NCBI GenBank assembly: GCA_002269645.1
Contig: NIVC01000001.1
Span: 868,001-932,000, forward strand
Source: Macrostomum lignano
Lineage: Eukaryota
DNA: 64,000 bases
Direction of reading: 5' to 3'
Shown: positions 51,704 through 62,249 of the stretch, one piece after another
How the letters are laid out: each line of letters starts with the position of its first letter
How positions within the stretch are numbered: position 1 is the first letter of the stretch
Translations under genes and position numbers: made by a program
The notes under the pieces: model-generated
Databases searched by the model: none
What the model saw: only the letters and a program-made list of their open reading frames with translations
Told to the model about the DNA's origin: nothing

Positions 51704-54700
51704 CTACGGGTTCATTCGCGCCATCAGTCTGGCGCGCAAGCTTGGCAGGAAGTAAGCAAGGCCAACAACCAGTGCTCCGACTCCAGCGGCGCCGCCAATA
51801 ATGGGGGCACTGACCGGGGCAGAGTGAATGACGGCTCCAACAATGATTAACCCAATCATTGGAACCAAAGTGCGACACAAGATGTCACGTCTTCTGCCGA
51901 GGAACTCCTGCTGAGGCATATTGAATTTCGCTTTGCGATGCTGCAAAAGCAGATGTGATGCAAGTCCCACAACGCCAATTAAAAGCACCGAGCCGCCCTC
52001 TGCAATTAGGGAACCGGCAACGGTGGTGATCAAAGCTTCCCTCTGCATCAAGGTGTAGACTAATCGTAGGATTCGAACTGCGGCAGTAGCAATGGTTTGC
52101 ACCGCGTTGGGCAAAAAGTGGCTAAAACGCCAGGCTAGATTATTCAACTGAGTACTGCTCACCCGGCCATAAATTAAATAGTTGACAAAGTGTTCGCAGT
52201 TGTTAGATAGTAAACTGTAACTCCTACTGCCACACAGTTGATTGAATTTGGCGTCGATCTGATTCCAGTCTAAATCGGAGTTGTGCACGACCTTCTGGAT
52301 TTGATTGTCTGCAACTCGAAGAAATCCTTGAAACTTGACGACTCCCATGGCTCCGGAACCTTGCGGCAATGCGTACGTGACCCCAACGCCGGAACAAGTG
52401 GCAGCATCCCACTCGGTTAAAATGAAATCAACCTCAGAAACTACTCCGTTGACCATCCGATTTAGAATAATGTGATCGTATTGCCTGAGACTGCGTCTAT
52501 CAACTCTGTCTTCGAGTTCAACTTTTCGATTCATTTCCAAAACTTCCAGTGATTTTTCTTTGGTCAGTTTCTTCATTTTGTCCTGAATTTCGGCGAGTTC
52601 AGTACCGAACAGGCTTTGAATGCCGCACATCCGACCGGCATCAGGATTATTTCTCAGCCAGAAGCAAAAGTCCCGACTGCAAACCTTGCAGCCAAACTTC
52701 TTGGCCTTCGCAGTCCATCCCTTCCTGTCGTCGTCGGCATTCAAAAACGTGCAGTCTGTCAGCTCCTCCAGAATAGCAAAACCAGTGGCTTCTTCAAAGC
52801 CATAATAGTTGACGCGTCGAATCGAGCTCTCACCCGGACCAATGACGAGCTTTTCAAATCGCACCCGTTTCTGGTCGTGATTATTTTCGTACAACTCGAC
52901 CCGAACAATATCTCTGCAGCCATCTACTGCAGAGCAGCTGCGCATAATTGCTTCGTGCTTGTAAAAGCAAGGCGACTTGTAGAACTTTATGTGGCCTCTC
53001 TCGAACTCAACAAGGTCTTGCACTGAGTGCACGGGAACTGTGCACTGCTCCCTGTTGCTACTGTGCTTGATGCTGCACCAGCGAGCAAAGTCGCGACTGC
53101 TGTTCCACTGGAAGTTGTGCTGCTTCTCTTTGAGTCGGTCGTTGGCTCTTTTAATCACCTCTTCTGGGGTGAGAACGCAGCCTTCCAGTACGTTGTACTT
53201 AATCGTGTAAATTTTCTGCTTCTTTAAGTCTACTGATAAAGTTTGCCTCTCAATCTGACCTCTCCACGAATCTCTGTAAAAAATGAGATCGATTGTAGCG
53301 CAGTGGGGATTGTTCCCATCCGGTAGCACCGGGTTGCCGACCACCACTGCGTGCTGGTACAGAGAATACCAATTGTCTCTCCAAGAAATGACCGAACCAG
53401 CTGAAATGCTTTGCATATCATATACTTCTTCAGCTATATGTGCTGGTGACTGGCTACCACCGCCATACAACTGGCAGTTCAAGCTGGGATCATTGTGTAC
53501 GCACAGCTTGGCGTCCTTCTCTTCAGCATCAATGATGTACTTTAGTTGTGAAACACACAAATTTTGTTTTTGAGAGCCGTACTGGAGCGTTTTAATGCTG
53601 AATTGTCCGGATGACTGACCGCTGCCGGTACTGATGCCCGCAACAACCCGATAGACACCATTCACGTGTAAGATGTCGCCAACTCTTAGGCCATCACAAG
53701 CCACGGGCAACTCACGGTCATGATTGGGAGTAACACTCTCAAGCAATACGCGCCGATTGCTTTGCACTTCATTTTGAGTCAGTGCATCCCAAATGCTGTC
53801 TTTCCAATCATCAAATCTTCTATCGCTGTTCGTCACCAGGCGACAAATTTTGAATGAACTTTCACTGTGGTTCAAGGCCAGATTTTCTATGAACTCAATG
53901 CGTCGGGTTAATTCCGCTTCACTGATGACACGAGACTGATATTGAATGACTCGAGTCACTGCCTTGTCCGTTTTGAGCACTAGTTCACTTGTGTGAACGT
54001 AATGCAATTCATGGGGCTTGATTACTTGCAATTCGAGCAAAAGTTTTCGCCCATTATTCAGTTTAGTTACTTTGGTCACTTCTCCGTGAAGTCTGTTTTT
54101 TAGACAGCAGTTAAATTCAAGATGATCACCTTCTTTAATTTCGTGAGTATGAAAGCCACCTAGAAATATGGGCACCGAATTGTCAGCTCTGTGGCTGATG
54201 GACTTGGTCTTACACCACACGACAAACAGAGTGCCACAGTTAGCAATCAGAGAGTATTCCCGCTCGTTGAGGCGGCTTCGAGCTCTTTCAACCACAACAT
54301 CGGGCTCGTGGCACCAGAGATCCGAGAAGTGACAGAGAAAGCAGTTCGGATGCACTTGCTTAGTTCCCTGTCTGTCATATTTGAAAACAAAGTCCTCTCT
54401 GATCACAGTTTTAGCGTCAAGCCACGATTTCAATCCGTAATGAATAGCAGTGACAATGTATTTTTCATTTTCACGTGCCAGTTTTTCCACGATAACCCTG
54501 TGCCACTTGCCAGTGTACCACAGGCGCATGACGTCACCTTTCTTTAGCTGTTGAAGCAACTGGAGGGTTACCGGTTCCTCTGAGTAGATGCCTGCGAGAT
54601 TTACCGGAGATGATTCTTCTAAGTCTAAAGGACAATCAGCGGTGTTGTCATTGTGCACGCACAGTGTTGTTTCCGTCTCTTTCTTTCTTATCAGATACTT

Positions 54701-55852
54701 TAGCGTGCAAGTCTTGCGATTTTCGTAGTCGACTTCACTGTAGTTGACTAATCCAACGCTGACTTCATCCGCATCGCGAACTACACTGCAGACTACTCTG
54801 TAGGCATCGTCAACAAAAATGATGTCGCCTCTTTGAAGATTTTTCGCTTTCACCCTCTGGGTCAATGGTCGAATCGGTCTACTCTGATTCGTCATCTGTG
54901 CGGCTTGCTGCCTCCAGTCCTGCCCGTGGCGACTCGCGTCGGTGAGAAGTAGGCAAAACCGCAGAGTCAAAATGCGCCTCGGATACGCGAGGCCGCGCAT
55001 CAAGTCGATCCTGTGGAGAAATTCCTCAGTCTCCACGCACTTCGATACCGATTTCACTACTAGAACGCGCTCTTTCGATTCTTTCGATTGTCGAAATTTT
55101 CGCTCAGAAATGTTCATAAAGGAAATTCGATCTTTCATCAAGTCCTGCGTGGAAACACTCAATGATAGTAAATAAATGTCCTTGCACATCTCTTCGCTAC
55201 TTCGTACGACTGCATGAATTGATCCAGAGTCGTGTTTAAGACTCAAATGATCTCCAACTTTCACTTGGTGGGTTTCAAAATTCCCAGGCAGATAAATTGG
55301 CACGGTACAATGTTTTCTGTGAGATTGGTCCTTGGTCTTGCACCAAAGTACGAAACCTGAATCACCAAACCATTTGATTTTCTCGTTCAAGCAACTTTGG
55401 GCTCTCCTGACGACTTCGTTGAGAGGATGGCAGTACGATTTTGGAAAGTGTCGAAGTTGGCAACTGGGTTTCAGATATTTTGATCTTCTAGAATTTATAA
55501 TATTAACTTTTAACACATCTTTGCTTACTCGTCTCTCAATTTGGCCGGAAAAACTGCATACTTTGGAATAAATTGTCCAAAATATAAAGAATCCGTCTTT
55601 GACTTCAACTTCAACAACGATTGCTTCAGAACGTCCTGACGCTTGGATGACATCCCCTGGCCTTACATTTCGAATCGATTCCGGCGTTAAAGTTTCGTAG
55701 CTCTGAATTGAGCCTGTAATCGGTGAAGGTCTCTCAGCTTGCAGAGCTGCAGCCTCGGCAGTGCCGGGCGGCTGGGCGGACACCACAGCTGCTGCAGCCT
55801 CTTGTTGAAGGGGCAGCTGCTGTGCACTCTGCGAGCCTGCGAGTGCCTGCAT
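51704..55852 (-). CDS. 1382-aa protein with tandem LRAT/H-box-NC (permuted NlpC/P60)-like domains and C-terminal hydrophobic helices; coding region uninterrupted
   Basis: 4.1-kb ORF. Repeated GD(V/H)I...H/E.V...E.V..RA...L.E...Y....N(C/S)..F..WC units, a canonical YSLLSNNCEHFVNY near 52190, and terminal TM-like segments. Confidence 0.85.
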   Translation of the reverse strand: MQALAGSQSAQQLPLQQEAAAAVVSAQPPGTAEAAALQAERPSPITGSIQSYETLTPESIRNVRPGDVIQASGRSEAIVVEVEVKDGFFIFWTIYSKVCSFSGQIERRVSKDVLKVNIINSRRSKYLKPSCQLRHFPKSYCHPLNEVVRRAQSCLNEKIKWFGDSGFVLWCKTKDQSHRKHCTVPIYLPGNFETHQVKVGDHLSLKHDSGSIHAVVRSSEEMCKDIYLLSLSVSTQDLMKDRISFMNISERKFRQSKESKERVLVVKSVSKCVETEEFLHRIDLMRGLAYPRRILTLRFCLLLTDASRHGQDWRQQAAQMTNQSRPIRPLTQRVKAKNLQRGDIIFVDDAYRVVCSVVRDADEVSVGLVNYSEVDYENRKTCTLKYLIRKKETETTLCVHNDNTADCPLDLEESSPVNLAGIYSEEPVTLQLLQQLKKGDVMRLWYTGKWHRVIVEKLARENEKYIVTAIHYGLKSWLDAKTVIREDFVFKYDRQGTKQVHPNCFLCHFSDLWCHEPDVVVERARSRLNEREYSLIANCGTLFVVWCKTKSISHRADNSVPIFLGGFHTHEIKEGDHLEFNCCLKNRLHGEVTKVTKLNNGRKLLLELQVIKPHELHYVHTSELVLKTDKAVTRVIQYQSRVISEAELTRRIEFIENLALNHSESSFKICRLVTNSDRRFDDWKDSIWDALTQNEVQSNRRVLLESVTPNHDRELPVACDGLRVGDILHVNGVYRVVAGISTGSGQSSGQFSIKTLQYGSQKQNLCVSQLKYIIDAEEKDAKLCVHNDPSLNCQLYGGGSQSPAHIAEEVYDMQSISAGSVISWRDNWYSLYQHAVVVGNPVLPDGNNPHCATIDLIFYRDSWRGQIERQTLSVDLKKQKIYTIKYNVLEGCVLTPEEVIKRANDRLKEKQHNFQWNSSRDFARWCSIKHSSNREQCTVPVHSVQDLVEFERGHIKFYKSPCFYKHEAIMRSCSAVDGCRDIVRVELYENNHDQKRVRFEKLVIGPGESSIRRVNYYGFEEATGFAILEELTDCTFLNADDDRKGWTAKAKKFGCKVCSRDFCFWLRNNPDAGRMCGIQSLFGTELAEIQDKMKKLTKEKSLEVLEMNRKVELEDRVDRRSLRQYDHIILNRMVNGVVSEVDFILTEWDAATCSGVGVTYALPQGSGAMGVVKFQGFLRVADNQIQKVVHNSDLDWNQIDAKFNQLCGSRSYSLLSNNCEHFVNYLIYGRVSSTQLNNLAWRFSHFLPNAVQTIATAAVRILRLVYTLMQREALITTVAGSLIAEGGSVLLIGVVGLASHLLLQHRKAKFNMPQQEFLGRRRDILCRTLVPMIGLIIVGAVIHSAPVSAPIIGGAAGVGALVVGLAYFLPSLRARLMARMNP

Positions 55853-57859
55853 CTGAAATTTTCCGGGTTTTTTAGAAAGCTAATTTCGGCAATTAGTGAT
55901 CCTTGAGCATGGCTGTAACACATTGCCAAGGAGAACTAATGTAGAAGGTCAGATTTTAGATTTTGCTAGAGACCGGTTTTCGATGCACAAATACGAAATG
56001 TTTTTAATATACGACTCCAGAGAAAGGCATATTTCATCTCATAAAGATAGAGTTAAGCGATTTTCGGTATAATAATAAATATTACCTAGTAAAGTGTCAG
56101 GAGACGTAAATAGTTTATTGGAAGTCGCTATATTCATGTATTATCGCATTTTTTGCTAGCATAGAATTTTCATAACTGAATTTCGTCCTTGTCGAAGCCA
56201 TTTTTACGATTAGCTCAATGAAATAAACAAATATCTTCGCAAAACCAGTTTAGAAAACAAAAAAGTATTTGGAGCCTTGCCACTGTCCTGCGACTTAACG
56301 ATTTTTCTTAATAAACTTATTAGTGCACCTGGGACGAACCATGTGCTTGCTACATGTGGAATTTGAAAATCCAGAACGTTAGATTGTGGATCAGATGCTA
56401 AAATTACTTGACGTGATTTCATTTGCATATGTTTTATTTTGACAACCAGTCGTAAAAATGGAAATTACTGTAGGAAAGAATAAGTAGCTTGATATTTCAA
56501 TGAGTTTCTATTTCAACAACTCTACTGAGGCTCACAGCAACTATTTACGGGTTTCAAGCAACTTGTCAATTTGAATACTATTTTAATTAAGAATGAATTA
56601 TATATCAGCAGACTCATCAGTCTTAGAGTCAGTATCGTCACTTCCACAAAATTGAAACTTTACATCATTAGAAAACTCTTGCTAGTCATGAGTTCGACTC
56701 GTGAACTTCTGAGACTTTTTGACGATGTTCTCATATAAAGCTTAGAGTTTCGAGTTTTTGAAGTTTTTCGATCTTCGACAATGTGAAATTGCTTGTAAAA
56801 GTAAAGCTCAGAGCAATTAAGAAATGCAGTAATAGTAGCAACAGTAATTAAAGACATCTTACCTGCTTACCAATGCAGAAGTTTGTAGAAGGCAAATCAA
56901 TAAGCAGTTACAAAATTAAATGTATTTTTTTAGGTTAGGAATCTCAAAACACTGGTTTTAGAACTGTCTGCTAGTTTGACGCATGCAAACTTTTATTAAC
57001 ACGCGCTTATAATTGCGTATGGCAGCAAAACAGTTTCTGCAAGAATGCACTTCTTTTCTGTCTATCTTATTTCTGATAGTATAACCATGGCGTATAGAGA
57101 TGCACAAGGCAGTGCATACTGCAGCACCGAGTCTGAGTCTGCCCCCCCCCCCAAACAACTTAGTTGAATAATGAATAGCATGCGTTCTGCGTCCTTTTCT
57201 TTTAGGTATCTCTTTATCTCTCTCTCTCTCTCTCTCTCTCGACTGTCTTTAAGAGCTACTTAGATGTTGGAGCGAATGATGCATTGTTCAAGCTTCATCA
57301 TCTAGAACGGCCTTACACACGGCTCAGCGCTCGACATACACTTTTAGGGTCTTAGACTGTCTCTGACCATCAAAAGCAAGCAGAATTCAATGAATTCAAA
57401 GGCAGACCCGGTAACATCAAAATGCGAAAATGGCCTCCGTAGAAATTTAGGATAATAGGCTGCCATTTCGACATAAAAATAAACAAATTACACCCATCAC
57501 CTGACGTAAAAAATAAACAGAGATGCCATCTATACTACTACAGAAGATTATTATTTTATCATTGCTACTTATTGATAGACAAATCATGAAGTAAGACGTC
57601 ATTTGAACCGGGTCGTTCAGCCACCACCAGTTTGTACCTGTTTTACAGTAGCGAATATTTAAGGCTAATATAAGTCAAACTTACATACTTGTACATCTTT
57701 TTAAACAGCTTTTCTGTTCTCCACGTGTTCTGGGAGAAGATTTGAGAGAGAATTAGAAGATGGCAGAGGGTGTGAGAGTGGGTACTGTGAGATATGAGAC
57801 TATGAGATATTAGAATGTGAGGTAAACAGTAATACATGAGGTTTGAGATATGAGACTGT

Positions 57860-58135
57860 AAGATATGAGATTGTGAGGGATAAGCTGTAAGATATGAGAT
57901 CGTGACGGATAAGCTGTAAGATATGAGATTGTGAGGGATAAGCTGTAAGATATGAGATTGTGAGGGATAAGCTGTAAGATATGAGATTGTGACGGATAAG
58001 CTGTAAGATATGAGACTGTGAGGGATAAGCTGTAAGATATGAGATTGTGACGGATAAGCTGTAAGATATGAGACTGTGAGGGATAAGCTGTAAGATATGA
58101 GATCGTGACGGATAAGCTGTAAGATATGAGAATGT
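57860..58135. repeat. 30-bp tandem repeat GATAAGCTGTAAGATATGAGATTGTGA(G/C)GG
   Basis: About 9 units. Confidence 0.95.
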
Positions 58136-58289
58136 GGGGTATGAGACTGGTAGATATGAGGATGTGAGATACATGTATGAGGCTGAGAAGTTTCCCTTCG
58201 TGTTGGTTAAACGCAAGGACAACTAAAGCAACGTAAATAAAGGACGCGACATTCGAAATCTATGGAAAATGCTTTGTAGGCCACTTTTC

Positions 58290-58480
58290 GCCGAAAAATA
58301 CACTACGGAGATGGGAAGTTTTCATTTAAGGACAAAAATTGTTATTGCTTTTGATAGGAGGCAGACCCAATGTTCATCTTTTGAAATCATGTGCCTCTTT
58401 TACAGCTCCATTGATATTTATAAAGCTTTTCGTTCAGAAAATTCAGGTTTTATGTTATTTTTTTATTCTACGTACATTTG
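58290..58480 (+). repeat. Dispersed repeat family E, uninterrupted copy
   Basis: Similar to 33240-33415. Confidence 0.7.
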
Positions 58481-58863
58481 CAGACGTCCTGTGCCTGAAA
58501 ACCATTGAGATGGCACGGCTCAGCTCATTGATTTTATGAATCCATTTTATCATTCTTAGCTGACTGAGCAACAATATGTGTAACAGAGATTATAAAATAG
58601 ATTCACAAAACCAATGATTCGAGCTGTGCCATGCATTTTTATGATTTTTAGGAACAGGATGTTTAATGTATAGAAAATTCTCTGACAGTTTGATTTTGTC
58701 AGGCTCCCAGTTTCGCAGCAAAGCTCACACTGGCATGTTTATATTGGTTTATAATTACAGGTGAGGGTAGAGAGTATATTGAAAAACTGAAATATATGCA
58801 TATTGCTTCGATCTGGACTGGTGTCAAATTAGTTCATTTTCATATTCAGTGTCGTCCTGTTCA

Positions 58864-60052
58864 TTAGCAGCTGCCAAGTAGTTCAAATCTTGTTGAAGCG
58901 ATCAAATCCAATCTACTCCAATCTGTAGCTTGGAACCAAACACCTTTCTGAGATGCGTCGGATCCTCTGTGTAGAATATTTTCTTCCTCCCGGTGTCCCG
59001 TGAGCACCCAATGTTTTCCCCTTTTCTTTGTTATTTTTTAATTGGGTACCCCGGTGTTATTCGTCACCAACCGGGTGTACCCATTTTTTCATCCCATATA
59101 TGTTTTTCTCTCTTCCACGGGACACAAGCTTTCCTCCCGGTGTCCCATGAGAGCATATTTAAGAGTCTGCATCCCGCTCCCTCCAACGAGACTCTCGACT
59201 TGGATTCACCCTTCTCGGACTCCCAGTTCCAGACTTCGAGTAGTGGACCCTACGTGTAAGCCCGGTACTCCAGACCCGACCATATCATGCAGCTCCTCTC
59301 CCAAACAATCTGATAATTTATTCTCGATTTAATTAGATACGCCTCTAGAGTACGAACCGATTGTCAGCTGTTTAGAGACGACAGTGTCCCTGTTCGACGA
59401 GATGTCTCTTCATTGCTTTTCTCCTGTTAAACTTATATATCCTGATTTCGTGGATTAACAAAGACACGATTTTTAACATCTTCATAGATTTAAGAAGTTA
59501 CCCTCTCTACGGATCGGCGTGTAAAAATATTCATCCCCAAACCAGACTGAAGGATCGGAGTCTTCAAGAGGAGTCTTCAAATGCAAGAGGATTGTTGGCT
59601 CACTGTACGCAGGCAAGCAATCATACACACGCTTGTACGGTGTGTACAGCAGCTTTGACTTTCTTTCTAATCGTCAGACATATACATGTACACTCTCAGT
59701 GCCTTGGGGGTTGGGCCACACGGGTGTGAATCGCAAGAGAACCTCTCGACAAATTTTTTGGTTCGTTCAAGGAATCAAACCGGAGGGTCGTGGCGCTAGA
59801 GTAGGACGCATTTACTGTACCCCACTCGGCTGCCTAAAGCAGCTCCATTCTCCGCTACATCGCGTCGTCATTTAATGAGCCGCTTGTTGTTTTGCGACGT
59901 CGGGACAATGATCTACCCTCGACTGATTTTCTTTTACCAATCGTCTTCGGCTTGGTGAGCAATGACGTTTTTCAAGCGATCTTTGTGTTCAAGACTGTAC
60001 AGTGTCCTGCATCCCTGCAGAAGCCAGTGACCTATATCATTTTTGACGAGAT
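58864..60052 (-). CDS. Unknown small-exon gene; exons 59938-60052, 59502-59602, 59210-59309, 58864-58966 (5' end not resolved)
   Basis: Four AG/GT-bounded exons with matching phases (1-2, 2-1, 1-2, 2-stop) give one continuous reading frame; no homolog recognised. Confidence 0.5.
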
Positions 60053-60771
60053 CTAAACAAACAACACCTGCCACTTAGACCTTTTAAGAGTCGTGGGAGA
60101 GCCAGCTAGATGCAAAAATAGCAACAGAAACCGAGAAATTATTGTAGCAGAGCAGCACAGAGCTGTGTCGGCGTCTCACTGTAGTTTCCATCACGTTTGC
60201 TCAAGAGGCAGTGACGAATCTCACTTGATAATTTAGAGAGTAGAGACTGCAGCTCTGCATGCTAAGAAAAAAGATGCCAAAGTGAGGTTAAACATGGTTA
60301 GAACTGTGTCGAGTGCTTGCAGAGCGTCAGAACTGGAGTGCCTGCAAAATAGAAAAATCTGCAGCATTATGGGCCTGGCCTGACAATGCTGTAAATTTAG
60401 CAACACATCTCAGGCCCCCACCTTTTTTCAAACTGGACTTCCATTTTTGTCATTCTTTTCTTCTCTAGGGGCAGACTGTAGATTAAACTACTGTCTCCAA
60501 TACCCAAAAAAAACTTTAAGCTTTCTCGCACGGCACGCAGGGCCAAAGGACAGGCAGAATGTGGGTGGAAACGGGCTGGATCTCAGAGCAGCCACTAACC
60601 GCTCGCAGTAGCACCACCAGGCTTTACCAATTAAAAGGCCCGATGTTCTCGGCTGTGCAACGCCATACAGACGGGAGCGCTGAGTCTATTGTTATATGAA
60701 ACTGCAATGCGCACTGTGCAGCTGTAAGAATAGCAAAGAAAGCCTGCTGAGAGCGACAACTTTCGGAGGAA

Positions 60772-61822
60772 ATGTCCGCTGAAGGAGATCAATCTGTCAG
60801 TGCCAGCCATCTCAGCACGGTGATCGAAGAGGAAGATCTATACGACAACCACCTGTTGTACTCATCCGGCGTCAACAATAGCGGCGGCACCACCGCGTCT
60901 CAAACGCCAACTGACGACGAGTCCACTTCGAGACGGTCATCTCAGGTCAGTGGAGTTATTGCGGTGCTGGGTCTTGTTATTAGAGGCAGGTGGCTGTGTG
61001 CACCCTGGTGCAACTTAAGCTACATTGTCACGCAACCGGCGAGAGGCATCGCTGCCCATTCCGCCGACGTACGCAGTCACACGCAGAGGCACACACTCAC
61101 ACAGGAGTGTACAGCGGCCCAGACTTTATTTATCGTTAGGCATGTACACTTCACTGTGCCTTGGGGTTTGGCCTTTATAGGGCGTTAATTGCACGAGCAG
61201 AGCCAATCCGAGGTTCCAATTCAGCCCCAGGCTGCACGTGGAATCGAGCCAGGGCCGCTGGCACATCAGAGCGCCGCGCCAGACCACTCGGCTACAACCC
61301 CATTCGCTACAGGATGACAATGTCGCAAAATTATACCAATCACTATAAATGCTTGCTTAAGGTACAATAATTGAAGACACCTTGACAATGCAGCTATTCC
61401 TGTGGTGAAACATATGATGAAAATGATGCATATCGGAGATAGACTCACTGAGAATGTTGACTACGCTGGCACACCCAACGGACGTGCGGCTCCAGGAACT
61501 TCTCAGCAGTCACAATAAGGCGCATACCCGTGTATGACAGAGGTCAATTCAATTAGTTTGGGGCATCATTTGATGAAGACTTGACAAGCGCAATAAAATC
61601 TCCCCGCAGATATCGGAGTCCTCCGCAGCAGAGACCGCCACCTCTGGCCCATCTACCGTGCCGAAGAAATCGTCGCTTCGTCGACCAATCGAAACCGGCG
61701 CTTCGTCCGGCGCTCGCCAGCTGGTTGAGAAGCGTCGCAACAAGGCCCCGTCTGCCCCCGCCGCGAAAGCAGAGAAAAAATCCATATTCACTTTAGGCCA
61801 CGTGCGCAAGATTTTCGGTTCT

Positions 61823-61855
<33 letters not shown>

Positions 61856-62107
61856 GGCTCAAACTCGAGACGATCCAGCGATGGCTCCGGCGGTGGCTCC
61901 GAAGAGACCGAGTTGACTCAGCGTCGGCTGTCCCAGATAAAGGTGGACAGCCTGCCCGCGGTTTTCCTTGTCAAGTATCTGGGCCTGGCGTCTGCTGCGG
62001 GCCTCTTTGGTGTTGACAGCATTAAAAGGCCGGTGGACGAGCTGGTCAAAGCGGCTGGTAAAAGGCGAGCAAAAACTGGCCGACCGCTGCCCATTGCTCA
62101 GCTGACG
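60772..62107 (+). CDS. PTB/PID-domain protein, 5' part; exons 60772-60945 and 61610-about 62107, probably continuing beyond the repeat or window
   Basis: Phase-0 GT-AG intron. LPAVFLVKYLG...GLFG...KRPVDELV...LPIAQLTV is typical of the start of a PTB domain. Confidence 0.7.
60991..61297 (-). mobile_element. SINE family A, full-length copy with tRNA-like head, in the PTB gene intron
   Basis: Minus strand GTAGCCGAGTGGTCTGGCGCGG...GGCTCGATTCCA (A and B boxes). Confidence 0.85.
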
Positions 62108-62249
62108 GTAAATGATGCCGAACTCTGGATGGTGCTGCGAGTTTTTGTGAATTTATTAGCATTGTCTTGACCAGCTCAAATTTTATACTAACATCTAATT
62201 GTCTGCCAATTGTCCCGACTCATTAGTTCCCACACACTATTTATGACCC

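Noticed and set aside
56700-56800. LRR-like peptide LSKIEKLQKLETLSF on the minus strand
   Set aside because: A single short match closed by stops, so it is likely chance.
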